Of a stretch of DNA of 64,000 bases, positions 13,611 through 25,707 are shown piece by piece. The stretch is from positions 14,074,001 to 14,138,000 of the forward strand of contig NC_043008.1 of NCBI RefSeq assembly GCF_006345805.1, read 5' to 3'. Positions within the stretch are counted from its first letter, which is position 1. Every line of letters begins with the position of its first letter. The notes beneath the pieces were generated by a model. The model made no database searches. It saw only the letters and a list, made by a program, of their open reading frames with translations, and was not told the origin of the DNA. A program made the position numbers and the translations under genes. The DNA is from Octopus sinensis (Eukaryota).

Positions 13611-15477
13611 ATAGATATATAGATATATATAAAGAAGTTATTAATATCAACAGATACAGTCAGCGAACAAATAACTGTTCTGATTTACACACAGATGATT
13701 ACAGCAACGCAAAACAACCCTTCTTACACGCACATACTTCGGGGTAGAGACATCAACTATCAACATTTGTTTCTCCATAGATTTCCTGATGAAGTGGTCC
13801 TAAACGTGAAATAATATATACCAGGGAACGGTACTCTTACTGGTGTTTTTGTCTTCTTTTCATTTTACCTCATAAATATATTTTATAACATTTAAGTGAA
13901 TGTTTGTGTGTGTCAGTATGTTATACGGTTTTTTTCTGGGCTTCCGTAGATAGCGGCACGGAATCGCTCTACGAGAGTACGAAATGACGATTAAATCTCA
14001 ACCAAGCATCGATTCAACAGTCTTTAAAAAGGAAGGATATGTAGGACACAGTGTACTTGAAAGAAAGAGGAGATAGCAATGACTGAAAAATATTTGGTCG
14101 ACGGTCTGCTTTAACACAATTGATCTTGGGTTTGAGAACAACAGTAGAATGATTAAACGCCGATCACTTATAGCGATCAACTAAAACACCGCGGTGAAGC
14201 ACAGAGAAGTACTATATTGGAATAGTTTATATACAACTTCTCATATAGGAACATGTCAAGACAAGATTTTTTTTCTCTTTCATTGATTACATAAATGAGA
14301 AATGTTCCGACTAGATATAAGTCGATTGCTTCTCGTAACTAGAAGATTATGAATGGCAATTTGAAGATCAATCCTGTACACATTCTCCATTATTCTGTGC
14401 TACTTTCATGCGCTTGTTCATTTCCATATAATCTTTACATAGTGAGGAATTCCATATGAAAATCCAATAAGTGCGATCAATCCACCAACGTAATATAGTT
14501 TGTATTTGATCACGCTTACATAAAGTGCTGCATCCAGGCAACAGCTTGCAAGTACGATAATAAAGGTTTAGAATTCATTAAATAAATAGTACTTTGTGAT
14601 CTGTTGATTCCTGCACATACACGTAGAGAACGGATTTCAAATTGGTGCTGTTATGTTCGCATTCCTTTTTGTGAGCAATCATGTCCTTTGAAGGGTTTCT
14701 TCAGATTGGTATTATACTTCGTGTTTGCTTCCTGATTATCGCTTTCGCTTTTACACTACATCAAATTCTACGATGCAATTCTGTTGTCATTTCATTTCCT
14801 ATCAACATAATTCCAATAGGAAAAAAAGGATCAATGCTAATTCTAGCACCACATAAATCTCTTAAGATACATATATATATATTAGATTCTTAATTCTGTA
14901 AATGGAAAATGTCTGTTTTAATTAGAACAGAAATGCCACTACATTTGCAAGATAGGTTTTCGCGTAGTATCTTTTCAAGACAACATACGGTTATTACTTA
15001 TTGTTTAAAAATGTGATGCCATATATTAGTGATTAAGGGGTGGGGTGAAACGCACGGAGAAGTTGTCAATTTGTTGTGATATGAAGTGTGATATACGAAA
15101 TAATAACCTTCTGCTTTCATTTCACTTTGAGTGACACATTCTTCTCCACCATCACCAGTTGCCTTCTATGTCTGTCATAAAAGATTAAATATGTATTTAT
15201 CAATTGCAAAATAAACTGAATAATTAAATATTGTGATCACAGGTAATTTTCATTGTATATTCAGACATATATTGTCGTTACATCCAAAACTTGTCATTAA
15301 ATCCCCTGACGCTACATTAAGCCGGCAACAGAGAAATAACAACATATTGTAGCAGCCAATCTACGATATTCATATAATTTTGTAACCTACACTTCTGTTC
15401 TCTCTACGTCTGAACAATGATAATTCCACCAGAGTAATACTTGACCCGAACGTAAAAAAAAATTTTAAACAATATTC

Positions 15478-15716
15478 TTTCTCGAGCCATGCCAGGCTCA
15501 TAAGGGCCGGTTTCCTGGTTTCAGTGGCGTAGAGATTCCCCAGCTGGACGGCACGCCGGTCTATCGCAGAGTTACTCCTTTTTGCCAGCTGAGTAGACTG
15601 GAGCAATGTGAAATGAAGTGTTTTTCTCAAGAACACAACGCATCGCCCGGTCTAGGAATCGAAACCACGACCATATAATCATGAGTTCAACACACTAGCC
15701 ACTAACCGCCACAGCC
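15478..15716 (-). mobile_element. SINE type C, tail variant 2
   Basis: ccagctgagtagactggagcaatgtgaaatgaagtg...ctcaagaacacaac central block; tail differs from the 5.8 kb and 46.5 kb copies. Confidence 0.75.
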
Positions 15717-16424
15717 CGAACTTAAGCCACATCACTGATTCTTTCCGATCCTCAAATCAGCGAGGAATACCAAACCTTCGAAGCGTTCGATTCATTAACA
15801 CCTCAAACAATTCAACGTATTATAATCTATAAACTCTCAATAGACTTATTTTTACCATTGCAGATGATCCCGAGTTTCCTTGAATTCTTAATGCCTCTGT
15901 ATGTATGAATTTTCGCTTCATACAAATCGTAAGGGATATGAATATACTTTTTGAATCGTCTTTATAACTCCAGCTACACAGTGCGGTGTGAATCAATTAA
16001 CTAAAATTTCCAGACATAATGCAATAGACACACACAACGTTAGTAAAATTCGGACTGTCTTATATGCACAAGTATAAAATTATTAATGTCTTAAAAGAAG
16101 TTTTCGAGATAATACATAACGCACCGCATATAGAGAATAGTGTACACAATGATATATTTCCCTATTCCATTCGCAGACACATAGAAACACACAAATACAT
16201 GTAAATATGCACGCGCAAAATACATAATTACTAACACATGGCTGAATGTGAATATATAAATCATGTGTCGCAGGTGATATCATAAAGTAACTAAGATTAA
16301 TAACGTCTAGAGTTCTAAACTAAAATTGTATTGTCTACGTAATATTTTAAATAGATTCCAAGATGCAGAATTCGTGTTACTGACGATGTCTAAATATTTA
16401 ATGAAATTTATATCATGTTATAAT

Positions 16425-16640
16425 ATCGGTTTCAAATGTTGGCACGCGACCAGCAGTTTTGGGTGAGAGGAACGTTGGTTCCATCGACACTCGTGCTCAA
16501 CTGGTACTTCTTTTAACGACCCTGAAGACGAAATGTTATGTCGACCTCGACGTAATTTGAACTTAGGGTGTAAGGAGGGACGAAATACCGCTAAGCATTT
16601 AGTTCGGTGTCGTAACGATTCTGCCAACTCGCCACCATTT
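16425..16640 (-). mobile_element. SINE type B, divergent
   Basis: gacgaaataccgctaagcat...ctgccaactcgcc head on the minus strand. Confidence 0.75.
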
Positions 16641-16649
16641 TCATGCCAT

Positions 16650-17311
16650 GATATTGGCCTCAAATTTCGACTCAAGGCCAATAAGTTCGGGGCAGAGGCT
16701 AAGTCAACTACATCGACACAAGAACTTAGCTGGTTCTTTTTTATCGACTCGATTTTTTTCTGGTTGGGAGGGGGGCAGTTGATTAGATCGACACCAGTAT
16801 GCAAGTAATACTTAATTTATTGACCCCAGAAGGATGAAAAGCAAAATCGTGCTCGGGGGAATTTGAAATCTGAGCGTAATGACAGACGAAATACTATTTC
16901 TTTACTACCCACAAGGGGCTAAACACAGAGGGGAGAAACAAGGACGGACAAACGGATTAAGTCGATTATATCGACCCCAGTGCGTAGCTGGTACTAATTT
17001 AATCGACCCCGAAAGGATGAAAGGCAAAGTCTACCTCGGCGGAATTTCAACTCAGAACGTAGCGGTAGACGAAATACCTATTTCTTTATTACCCACAAGG
17101 GGCTAAACACAGAGGGGACAAACAAGGACAGACATAGGTATTAAGTTGATTACATCGACCCCAGTGCGTAACTGGTACTTAATTTATCGACCCCGAAAGG
17201 GTGAAAGGCAAAGTCTACCTCGGCGGAATTTGAACTCAGAACGTAGCGGTAGACGAAATACCGCTAAGCATTTCGCCCGATGTGTTAATCTTTCTGCCAG
17301 CTCGCCGCCTT
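16650..17311 (-). mobile_element. SINE type B multimer: head, two 184-bp body units and degenerate partial units
   Basis: Units 16895-17078 and 17079-17262 are near-identical and joined at gaaatacc|tatttc. Confidence 0.9.
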
Positions 17312-17559
17312 AGTCATGCTATAATATTGCAATTGGACGTATAACAGAGTTGTAAACAGTGGTCGTAACAAAATGCAACGCATAGATTACAAATGTGAAT
17401 TATTGTTTTTAGGTTATATTTTCAGAAAGTCCTTATAACCCATTGAACAAGTACGTACACCAACATTAAATAAATATTAACGTTTACATGAGTAAATGTG
17501 TTCGTGTGTGTTCGTGCTTAAGTTTGTGTGTGTAGCTGTCTGTCTAAGTATATATATAT

Positions 17560-17759
17560 AACAGGAAGCTTTATGAAAATAAACAAAAGACGAAGACAGG
17601 TGGAGTACAAACAAACGATTATATTAGTATGGCGCTCAGGAATATAAATAAAACAAGTCTTTTACGTTTCGAGCCTACGCTCTTCAACAGAAAGATACAC
17701 AGAAAAGAAACACGGAGAGAAAAATTGCGTGCAGAAGCGAACGAATGAACATGGCGGTC

Positions 17760-17760
<1 letters not shown>
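17560..17760 (-). mobile_element. ~200-bp hammerhead-bearing short element between microsatellites
   Basis: Contains the motif below and shares ttcctgagcg..ata.ta.tata downstream with 27155-27362. Confidence 0.6.
17657..17696 (-). ncRNA. Hammerhead-like motif with CUGUUGA core variant
   Basis: TCTTT-CTGTTGA-A-GAGC GTAG GCTC-GAAACGT-A-AAAGA: all three stems pair; A6 replaced by U. Confidence 0.55.
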
Positions 17761-17791
<31 letters not shown>

Positions 17792-17792
17792 C

Positions 17793-17836
<44 letters not shown>

Positions 17837-18629
17837 GTGTGTGTGTGTGTGTGTACGTAAATTTGTTATTGAAAATGCACCTACAGTTGAAAGAACTTGT
17901 AATTGTTTTAAAATAAATTTATTTACATATATACCACACTAGTTACAACAACAGTTTTTTGTTTATCAATTGTAAAATTTTAGAAATATGTTCAAAAGTT
18001 CCAATGTTGACAAGTTTGAATGTTCATAACAGACAAATTTAGAATTACGAATTAGAAAAAGATTTTTAGAAGTTTCAATGTTGACAACTTTAAATGTTCA
18101 TAACACTCGATAATATAAAAAAGTGTTGATCAACTTGTTTAAATGTACAAAATTCAATAGTTTTAGTAGTGATCGACAAGAAATGATTATCATCGAAGTT
18201 TCAGTCATACGGAGTTAAGAGGAAGAAAAACAAGGGAGAAATGAAGATAATAAAAAATGGGATTTCGTTTACTATTTGTGTGTCTCTTTCCATTGTGTAC
18301 AGGAACTTTCGCTTGCAACGGTGTTTTATGGAATCCAGTGTATTTATAGTTCTGCAAACGGATTTGATTTCTGATTCGTTAAAGAACTGTTGACGTCTTG
18401 TTTTCCGGTAGTCAAGTTTGTCGTTCTGCCTGATTGGCTGACCTGTGGAGAACGGTCATCAGCCGTTCCAGCTGGTTGATTATATTTAAAGGGACATTTT
18501 GTTTTATTTGATGAAGTTCGGTTTTCATCGGAGGTAAAATTTCATTGGTTAGAGTCAGGTGACGTCAGCAACTGGTGTTTATAAAATTGCATTGTCCGAG
18601 AGGTAGGTGACGTCGGTAACTGGTGTTTG

Positions 18630-18862
18630 AAGGCGTCGAGCTGGCAGAAACTTTAGCACACCGGGCGAAATGCGTAGCCGTATTTCGTCTGCCGTTACGT
18701 TCTGAGTTCAAATTCCGCCGAGGTCGACTTTGCCTTTCATCCTTTCAGGGTCGATAAATTAAGTACCAGTCACGCACTGGGGTCGATATAATCGACTTAA
18801 TACCTATGTCTGTCCTTGTTTGTCCACTCTATGTTTAGCCCCTTGTGCGTAATAAAGAAATA
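18630..18862 (+). mobile_element. SINE type B monomer with perfect 15-bp TSD
   Basis: ggtaactggtgtttg at 18615-18629 and 18863-18877. Confidence 0.92.
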
Positions 18863-19044
18863 GGTAACTGGTGTTTGTATGGTGTTATTGTATGGGGATT
18901 TGGAGTTGCGGTTTCGAAACACAGGTGGAAGACAATTACTAGAGTTTTTTTTAAATTGTCTGTTGTTCCTTGTTGTTTTTTTGTGGATAAATTTAGTCAT
19001 TTTTTTCTTTTGTCTCTTTAATTTTTTTCTTCTTTTTTTTCTTC

Positions 19045-19240
19045 TTTCTAAAGGATATTCAGCTGTGGGTTATATGTTTTAATGAGTATGCTTTCCTTAT
19101 TTAAACGTGGTTGGTTTAAAGTGTTTCCGAGGTATTGATAGACTGGGAAAATTTTGTATTTCGGGTTTATGTTTACGTGGTGTAGATCTAGTTGTTTGCT
19201 TACGAGCATAAACAAACGAGTAAAATAAGTAAACAACGAT
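19045..19240 (-). pseudogene. Penelope-like GIY-YIG C-terminal remnant
   Basis: HHVN..KYKIFPVYQ...RLNKESILIKTYNPQLN fits the PLE endonuclease end motif R..E...I....P.LN. Confidence 0.55.
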
Positions 19241-20884
19241 TAAAATGGAAAATAGGACAAGTAAACACAGGCAAAGGAACATTCATTAGTTGTCAGCGGT
19301 CTATCAGCTTCTCATTTCGAGCATTTAACGACAAATATATACAGCCTTGGCCAAACGTATTAGGCCACCGCAATGTTTTGGGGTTCTGCTATCTCAATGT
19401 TAATGAAACTCGTGGACATGGTAGATTATGGTATATTTCACAATATACATTTGTTGTAATACCTGGTTGACCCTTCTTTGACATCAAAGAAGGGTCAACT
19501 ACTTTTATACTGTATACTTACCACTTTTATACTGTGCTGTTCATCTGCAACCAATTGGGTAAGATCAACGCCCAAAATTAACATGTTTCTTTGATTAATT
19601 CAGAGTTTTATACTAAAATGCGTTTCAGAGTTTTATGCTAAAATGCGTTGTAGATACAGCAAGTAAACAGTAAAAGGCCTAAACAGTTATTCGCTCATGT
19701 CGAGTATCCTGAAGTTCCGTGTATGTACCAAACGTATTGCTGGTAGATATTACACAGTTTAATATTTAGTAAACCAAAAGGAATGAATAATTCAAGATAT
19801 CACTACACTAGTATACTCGCTAGAACTTTCCCAGAGAAAATGGCTGGTGGATAACCGTACGAATTTACGTAATATTACCTAATATATCAGTGAACAATTA
19901 GCATTCTATTATTCACAAGGTTGTTAAAACACGGTTATTGCTCCAATCCACAGAGCGTATTTTGCAGTATAGATGTCAAAAACGTTTAACTATGTCCTTG
20001 AGCGTAGTTTCCACTATATGTTGCTTGGCATTTCAGTTTGGCTTCATACCATCTTATACATTAAATGTTATTGCTGACAGTCTGAAGGATTATATAATAA
20101 TCATTTCTCGATTTCATAATCCTGAAGTTTTTTTTTTATAAGCATAAATGCAAATAAACATTCTTATAACTGATGGTTATTATACAGGAACACACAATTT
20201 CTCGCTATTGTATCAAACGGTATAACAAATGGTGTAACATGGGCTTAACAATTGCATACTATTCGCTCGTTATATATCTAGATGGAAGTATAAGTACCAC
20301 TTAATGCTTCACTGTTAGAGAATGCAGTTACATGAAACTCTCGTAATATAAAACTTAGAAAAATAAAAGATAGAATTATTTCCCTAATGATATGCAAAGG
20401 AGTAAATTCACGCAATTAATGTCATGTATTCCGCCATTGAATCATGTATAAAATGAAAGCAAATGAATCGTAATGTTATAAAACAAAGCTAAAAAGAAAA
20501 ACTATCTATATGTTCATGTAAGAAAATATACATGAAATTTAAATATTTTATGTTTGTAAACGCATTTATTTTGCTTAGGCTGAAATTGTGTGACATTTAA
20601 AATGATTCATAAAGATATATGTATACACAGAAAATATTAATTCATTGCCTCTGTTCTGTAATCCATGATTATGTTAGCAAAAAACTTGTATAATCATGTC
20701 TCCAGATGCAAAATAGGAAATAAATACTTCATGAATCATGTTACAACTAAAGCTCCTGAGCAAATATAATAATGATTAAACGAAACGTTGTTATACACAC
20801 AAAAATACACACCCATATATATATATCTATAGTCTTACATACATATACACGCACACGCTCCTACACACACACATAAAAGCATGC

Positions 20885-20929
20885 ATACTTACAAACATAC
20901 ATACATATATACATACATACATACATACA

Positions 20930-20965
<36 letters not shown>

Positions 20966-20967
20966 CA

Positions 20968-21001
<34 letters not shown>

Positions 21002-21015
21002 CATACATACATACA

Positions 21016-21046
<31 letters not shown>

Positions 21047-21055
21047 GCATACATA
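20885..21055. repeat. (TACA)n microsatellite
   Basis: Directly visible. Confidence 0.95.
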
Positions 21056-21393
21056 AGCAAAGAGATTTGTAGGTACATACATACAAAAATATATAACTGT
21101 CGTATGTTCGTGTTTAACGCACAATTTATGGCAAAATATTCAATACACCGTGAATTTATTGGTTTAGTAACGTAATGAAACATATGGTTCGTTATAGGTC
21201 TTAGGCTTTAAATAGTATGAATGTGGATGTCCTGATTACGTGAACAGTTGGTAATGAAATACCGGAACTGAAATACGGATGTGGTATTACTGGAGATACA
21301 TTTAAAGCGTTGGACTTCTATGACGAGAGAGAAATAACGAAAGAGAGACAGACCGTTAGAAAAGAACAGTAATATATGGAGCGAAAAGGAAGC

Positions 21394-21908
21394 GTGGAGC
21401 TGGCAGAAACGTTAGCACGGCGGGTGAAATGCTTAGCGGTGTTTCGTCCGCCGCTGCGTTCTGAGTTCAAATTTAGCCGAGGTCGACTTTGCCTTTCATC
21501 ATGTCGGGGTCGATAAATTAAGTATCAGTTACGCACTGGGGTCGATATAATCGACTTAATCCGTTTGTCAGTCCTTGTTTGCCCCCTCTGTGTTTAGCCC
21601 CTGTGGGTAGTAAACAAATAGGTATTTCGTCCGCCGCTGCGTTCTGAGTTCAAATTCCGCCGAGGTAGACTTTGCCTTTCATCTTTTCGGGGCCGATTAA
21701 ATAAGTACCAGTTACGCACTGGGGTGGATGTGATCGACTTAATCCGTTTGTCTGTGCTTGTTTTTCACCTCCGTGTTTAGCCCCTTGTGGGTAGTAAAGA
21801 ATTCAAATTCCGCCGAGTTCGACTTTGACTTTCATCCTTTGCTAGGGTCGACCTAATCGACTGGTTCCCTGCCCCACAATTTCGGGCCTTGTACCTAGGG
21901 TAGAAAAG
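21394..21908 (+). mobile_element. SINE type B multimer (head, two ~183-bp units and a partial third with an alternative tail)
   Basis: Second unit starts ggtatttcg at 21621; both units share the cgtccgccgctgcg variant; flanked by 24-bp direct repeats 21370-21393 and 21909-21932. Confidence 0.9.
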
Positions 21909-21924
21909 AATATATGGAGCGAAA

Positions 21925-22140
21925 AGGAAGCGACGAGCTGGCAGTATCGTTAGCACGTTGAGCAAAATGCTTAGCGCCATTTAGTATGTCTTTAAGTTTT
22001 GAGTTCAAATTTCGTCGAGGTTGAATTTGCCTTTCATGTAATCGGGATCGATAAAATAAGTACCATTTCAAAACTGGGATCGATGTAATCGACTTACCAT
22101 CTCACCCGAAATTACTGACTTTGTGCCAAATTTTGAAACC
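21925..22140 (+). mobile_element. Older SINE type B copy
   Basis: gcgacgagctggcag...gagttcaaattt...gatgtaatcgactta; more diverged than the adjacent multimer. Confidence 0.8.
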
Positions 22141-22979
22141 TATATATGGAACAAAATAATATCTCCCTTAATTCCACTACGCTGAAAGACCTCACTAGTG
22201 TCTAATACAATGTTCCTCAACTGAGCACCAAATGGCTACTAAAGCTATATACAATATTGTTTAGGGGTCCTCACAATAAAATAGTAAATTTGGGATCATA
22301 AATAGTATCTTAAGAACCCATGAAAAAAAATTTGCTTTGGGTGTATGTAATTAGTATGTATTTTAAGAAACAATTCGATTTCTTTTTCTAACATGTGTAA
22401 AAAACGGAATAGGAATTTTGAAAGAAGTTTTTATAAAACTTGTTTTTAAACATCAAATAACTATTGAGGTTCACCAGAATAAATTATTAATCAAAGGGGT
22501 CCTTTGGTGAAAAATGGTAAGAGAACACACGTTACTTTCTAACAAGTCTCTTATAATACATTTTTCTTCTTAATCTGTAGAAAGATATTCATTAATGATC
22601 TTATCCGTCTGATATACTGCAATTCTCTTTGTTCAGTCCCTCTGCCACCCACCTAAGTAAATCAACGCTCCATAACCCGTCACTGCACAGATGACATTTA
22701 CAACTGAACTGCACTCCTCCCTATACAATCTCTATCGCTACGACATGACTGTACATACAAATTACATACATAACATACATACATACATACATACACACAT
22801 ACATACGTATATATTAATATATATATTAATATAATATATATTATATATATAATATATATATTGTTATATTTCGGAATGGTCATATTGCCAGTTTAGCCAA
22901 TAAAATCACACGCACTATATATTTGGTGTTATTTTGCTTCAGTGATATTTATTTTTTACATTAATCTTAATCTTATTTC

Positions 22980-23024
22980 GGCCAAAGTTCTTTCGTCACA
23001 CTCCTGTGACCGCATCAGTGGTCC
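22980..23024 (-). ncRNA. Hammerhead-like motif in PLE terminal repeat (A9C variant)
   Basis: GGACCA-CTGATGC-G-GTCACA GGAG TGTGAC-GAA-AG AA CT-T-TGGCC. Confidence 0.5.
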
Positions 23025-23537
23025 TTTGTTTTCTTCTCACTTACTTGTGTCTCTCCTTACTAACCGTCACCATTTTGTATTTCTATTGTATGTCTTCATT
23101 TGCGCATGCTTATATCTCTATGTGCGTCTATGTTTATTTAGTGTGTGTGTGGGGGGGATGCCTGTAATATTTGTATCTTCTGGTTATATACATTCTTGTA
23201 ATTTGTATTTTGTTTTTGTTGTTGTTGGTTTTGTTCTAATTTTGTTCATGTGTTTACATCCACCCATTATTATCATTACATATGCTCGTATGTATGTATA
23301 ACAACAATATTAGTAATAATAATAATAAATCTAATCGAAAAAAAAAAAGAGGATATATATATACATATATATATATATATACATACATATACATATACAT
23401 ATATATATATATACATATATACACACATATATACACATATACATATACATATATATACACATATACATATATATAGATATTCATTTCTATTTCTTTAATT
23501 ACCTGTGTATTTATTATGTTTGCAGGATCCACTATTG

Positions 23538-24746
23538 TCATATGTTGTGGTGTGCGCTATTGCTCCATTCTAGTTTTCTATTCAGGCTAGGTTTATTTTC
23601 TATTATATGTGTAGCTTCTGTAATTTGTCTAATTGTTGCATCTGTTCTATGTGTGGACAATATCTTAATCTCTATGTTATTGATTGATCCCCGTGTTCTT
23701 GTTCGGCGTGTTGGTACAGAATCGATGAGCTTTACCTTCCTTGAGTTGTCTCCAATGTTCATTCACCCGCTCACCAATGCTTCTTGCAGTTTCCCCTACG
23801 TATGTTACTGTCTTGTTACTGCATCGTCCCTCTATACATCTTATACTATAGACCACATTTCTGGCTTTACAGTTCGTTTGTGGGCTAAATCTACATACAG
23901 TGCAATAGTTATCCGTACAGAGAGTTCTACTAAAAGGATAGCTTCTACCAATTATAGATCTGATAGGGTTGCCTGGCTTTTCAACAACCTTAATTCTTAG
24001 TTTAAGTTTATCTAGGGTCCTTCTAAAGCGGTACGCTAGTTCACCTCCAGGGGTGGTGTCAACGAACATGACACTCTGGTATTTATGGCTATCATACCAA
24101 GAGTTGGCCTTCCCTATTTTCTTTTTTGTCCTTTCTATAGTGTTCCATGATTTGTTCCTATAGAGTGGGCAAATCCCATTCCTATCATTACGTAATATAT
24201 TATCAAATTTCTTCATGGCTCCTTTGTATACTCTGATCCTTTCTTTATGGCTGTAACCTGAGAACTGCATGCGGTGAATGAAATACTGTATGTGTCTCTT
24301 TAATTCTGTAGGCTCGCACATGCGTGACACATTTCTCATTATTCTGACGAGGTCTGCCATCAAAATATTGAATTTGGCATTGCCCGCAATGGCTGAGTTC
24401 CGGTGGATCAGGTATTTTGAGGCCATAGGTTTTGCATAGTATGAATGAAGGATTTGGGTTTTATTTTCACAATTTCTAGCCAGAGTTCAGTGTCTAGTAC
24501 TGGTAGTCTATGGTTGGGGTGTTTATGGGGGTAGTCTATTGTGACCTTAATACTCTGGTGGATGGAGTTAGCTATTTGCTGGATGCTCTCCATAGTATTA
24601 GTTTCTATTACTATATCAACAGTACTCTCTTGTGGGGGTGCCTTTACTACTATATTGATATCATCAACATAGCGAGAGTACATGTTTACGAGTATGGATT
24701 TCTGCAGTAGGCATTCTTTAAGCCTTCTGTCTAAGTTTGGTCCTAG
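23538..24746 (-). pseudogene. PLE reverse transcriptase C-terminal half, thumb, Cys-rich linker and GIY-YIG endonuclease (frameshifted)
   Basis: [87 protein letters not shown] across ORFs 24408-24683, 23677-24426 and 23538-23762. Confidence 0.92.
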
Positions 24747-25690
24747 CTATAGTGAACTGTGCTTCCATGTGGTTATTAGTACGTCTTGGGATGTATACTC
24801 TTTTGTTGAAGGGTAATGTTGTTGGATAAATTCGGTTCATGCAGTAAGTTTTGTCGCATACGTTGAAGAATTGAGTGTCAAAGGGATGGGTATACATGTC
24901 AATGGTCTCTCTAGGGTTATCTTCATTATCGTTACTGTTCCAACATCAGCCTTCCTATTATTATTATCACCATTACCACTACTACTACTACTAGTATTCC
25001 TATTACCACCACAATTATCACTACTATCCTCATTACTACTTCTACTGTTACCATCACCACTACTACTACCACTATTATTGTTATTATCTTTATTCCTACC
25101 ATTGCCATTATTACTATCATCGCTAGTGATATATTCATTGTTCCTGTTTCTGGTATATGTGTTGTTTATATTAGTGTTGGGTTTTATGTCTGTCTTTGGT
25201 CCCTGTCAATCCCCCTGTTGCGGTCGTTATTTTGTTCCTATGAGTATTGTTATCTGTTTCAAGTCCGCTGACTCCCTGTCCAAGGATCCTGTTGCATTCA
25301 ACTTTATTCTCCATCGTGACCCCTATGACACAACTTTTATTCGTGTCTTTGTGACTATGGCTATCTGTGTGTGTGTTTGTGTGTCGGTTCTCCCTATAAT
25401 TGTTGTTGTTGTTGCTGTGGATACGATTTTTCTCTCTCTGTTTGTGTTTTTGTGTTTTTGTATCTATTGTTTGTGTCTATGCATACATTTTTTCTATTGT
25501 TATTGTTGTTGTCGCTGTTAGGGTTCGTGTTGTTGTTGTTGTTGCCGCTGTTAGGGTTCGTGTTGCTTTTGTTGCTACGGTTGTTATTGTTGCGGTCATT
25601 ATTGTTTGTGTTGTTGTTGCTGCGGTTAGTGTTTTTCGCGTTGTTGTTGTTGTCGCAAGTGTTGTTGTCATAGTATCTATTTAAATTCCA
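24735..25690 (-). pseudogene. Probable PLE N-terminal region: Asn/Ser-rich low-complexity coding stretch
   Basis: Long runs of AAC/AAT/AGT codons in frame (e.g. NNNNAKNTNRSNNNTNNNDRNNNNRS) leading into TLPFNKRVYIP...MEAQFTIARTKLR; several frameshifts. Confidence 0.55.
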
Positions 25691-25707
25691 ACGTATTTTT
25701 GTGGAAA

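Noticed and set aside
13781-13812. Hammerhead-like ATTTC-CTGATGA...TAAACGT-GAAAT
   Set aside because: G12 is mutated, the cleavage-site nucleotide is missing and there is no credible stem II; at best a fossil.
16895-17262. CRISPR-like or satellite interpretation of the regular 184-bp repeats
   Set aside because: No unique spacers; the units are SINE bodies and the context is eukaryotic.
17997-18105. 36-bp imperfect direct repeat with 73-bp period
   Set aside because: An ordinary old local duplication in AT-rich DNA; no further structure.
25518-25556. Telomeric TTAGGG hexamers (also 32115-32135)
   Set aside because: Only isolated hexamers; at 25.5 kb they are explained by Asn-Pro-Asn codons in a short duplicated unit.
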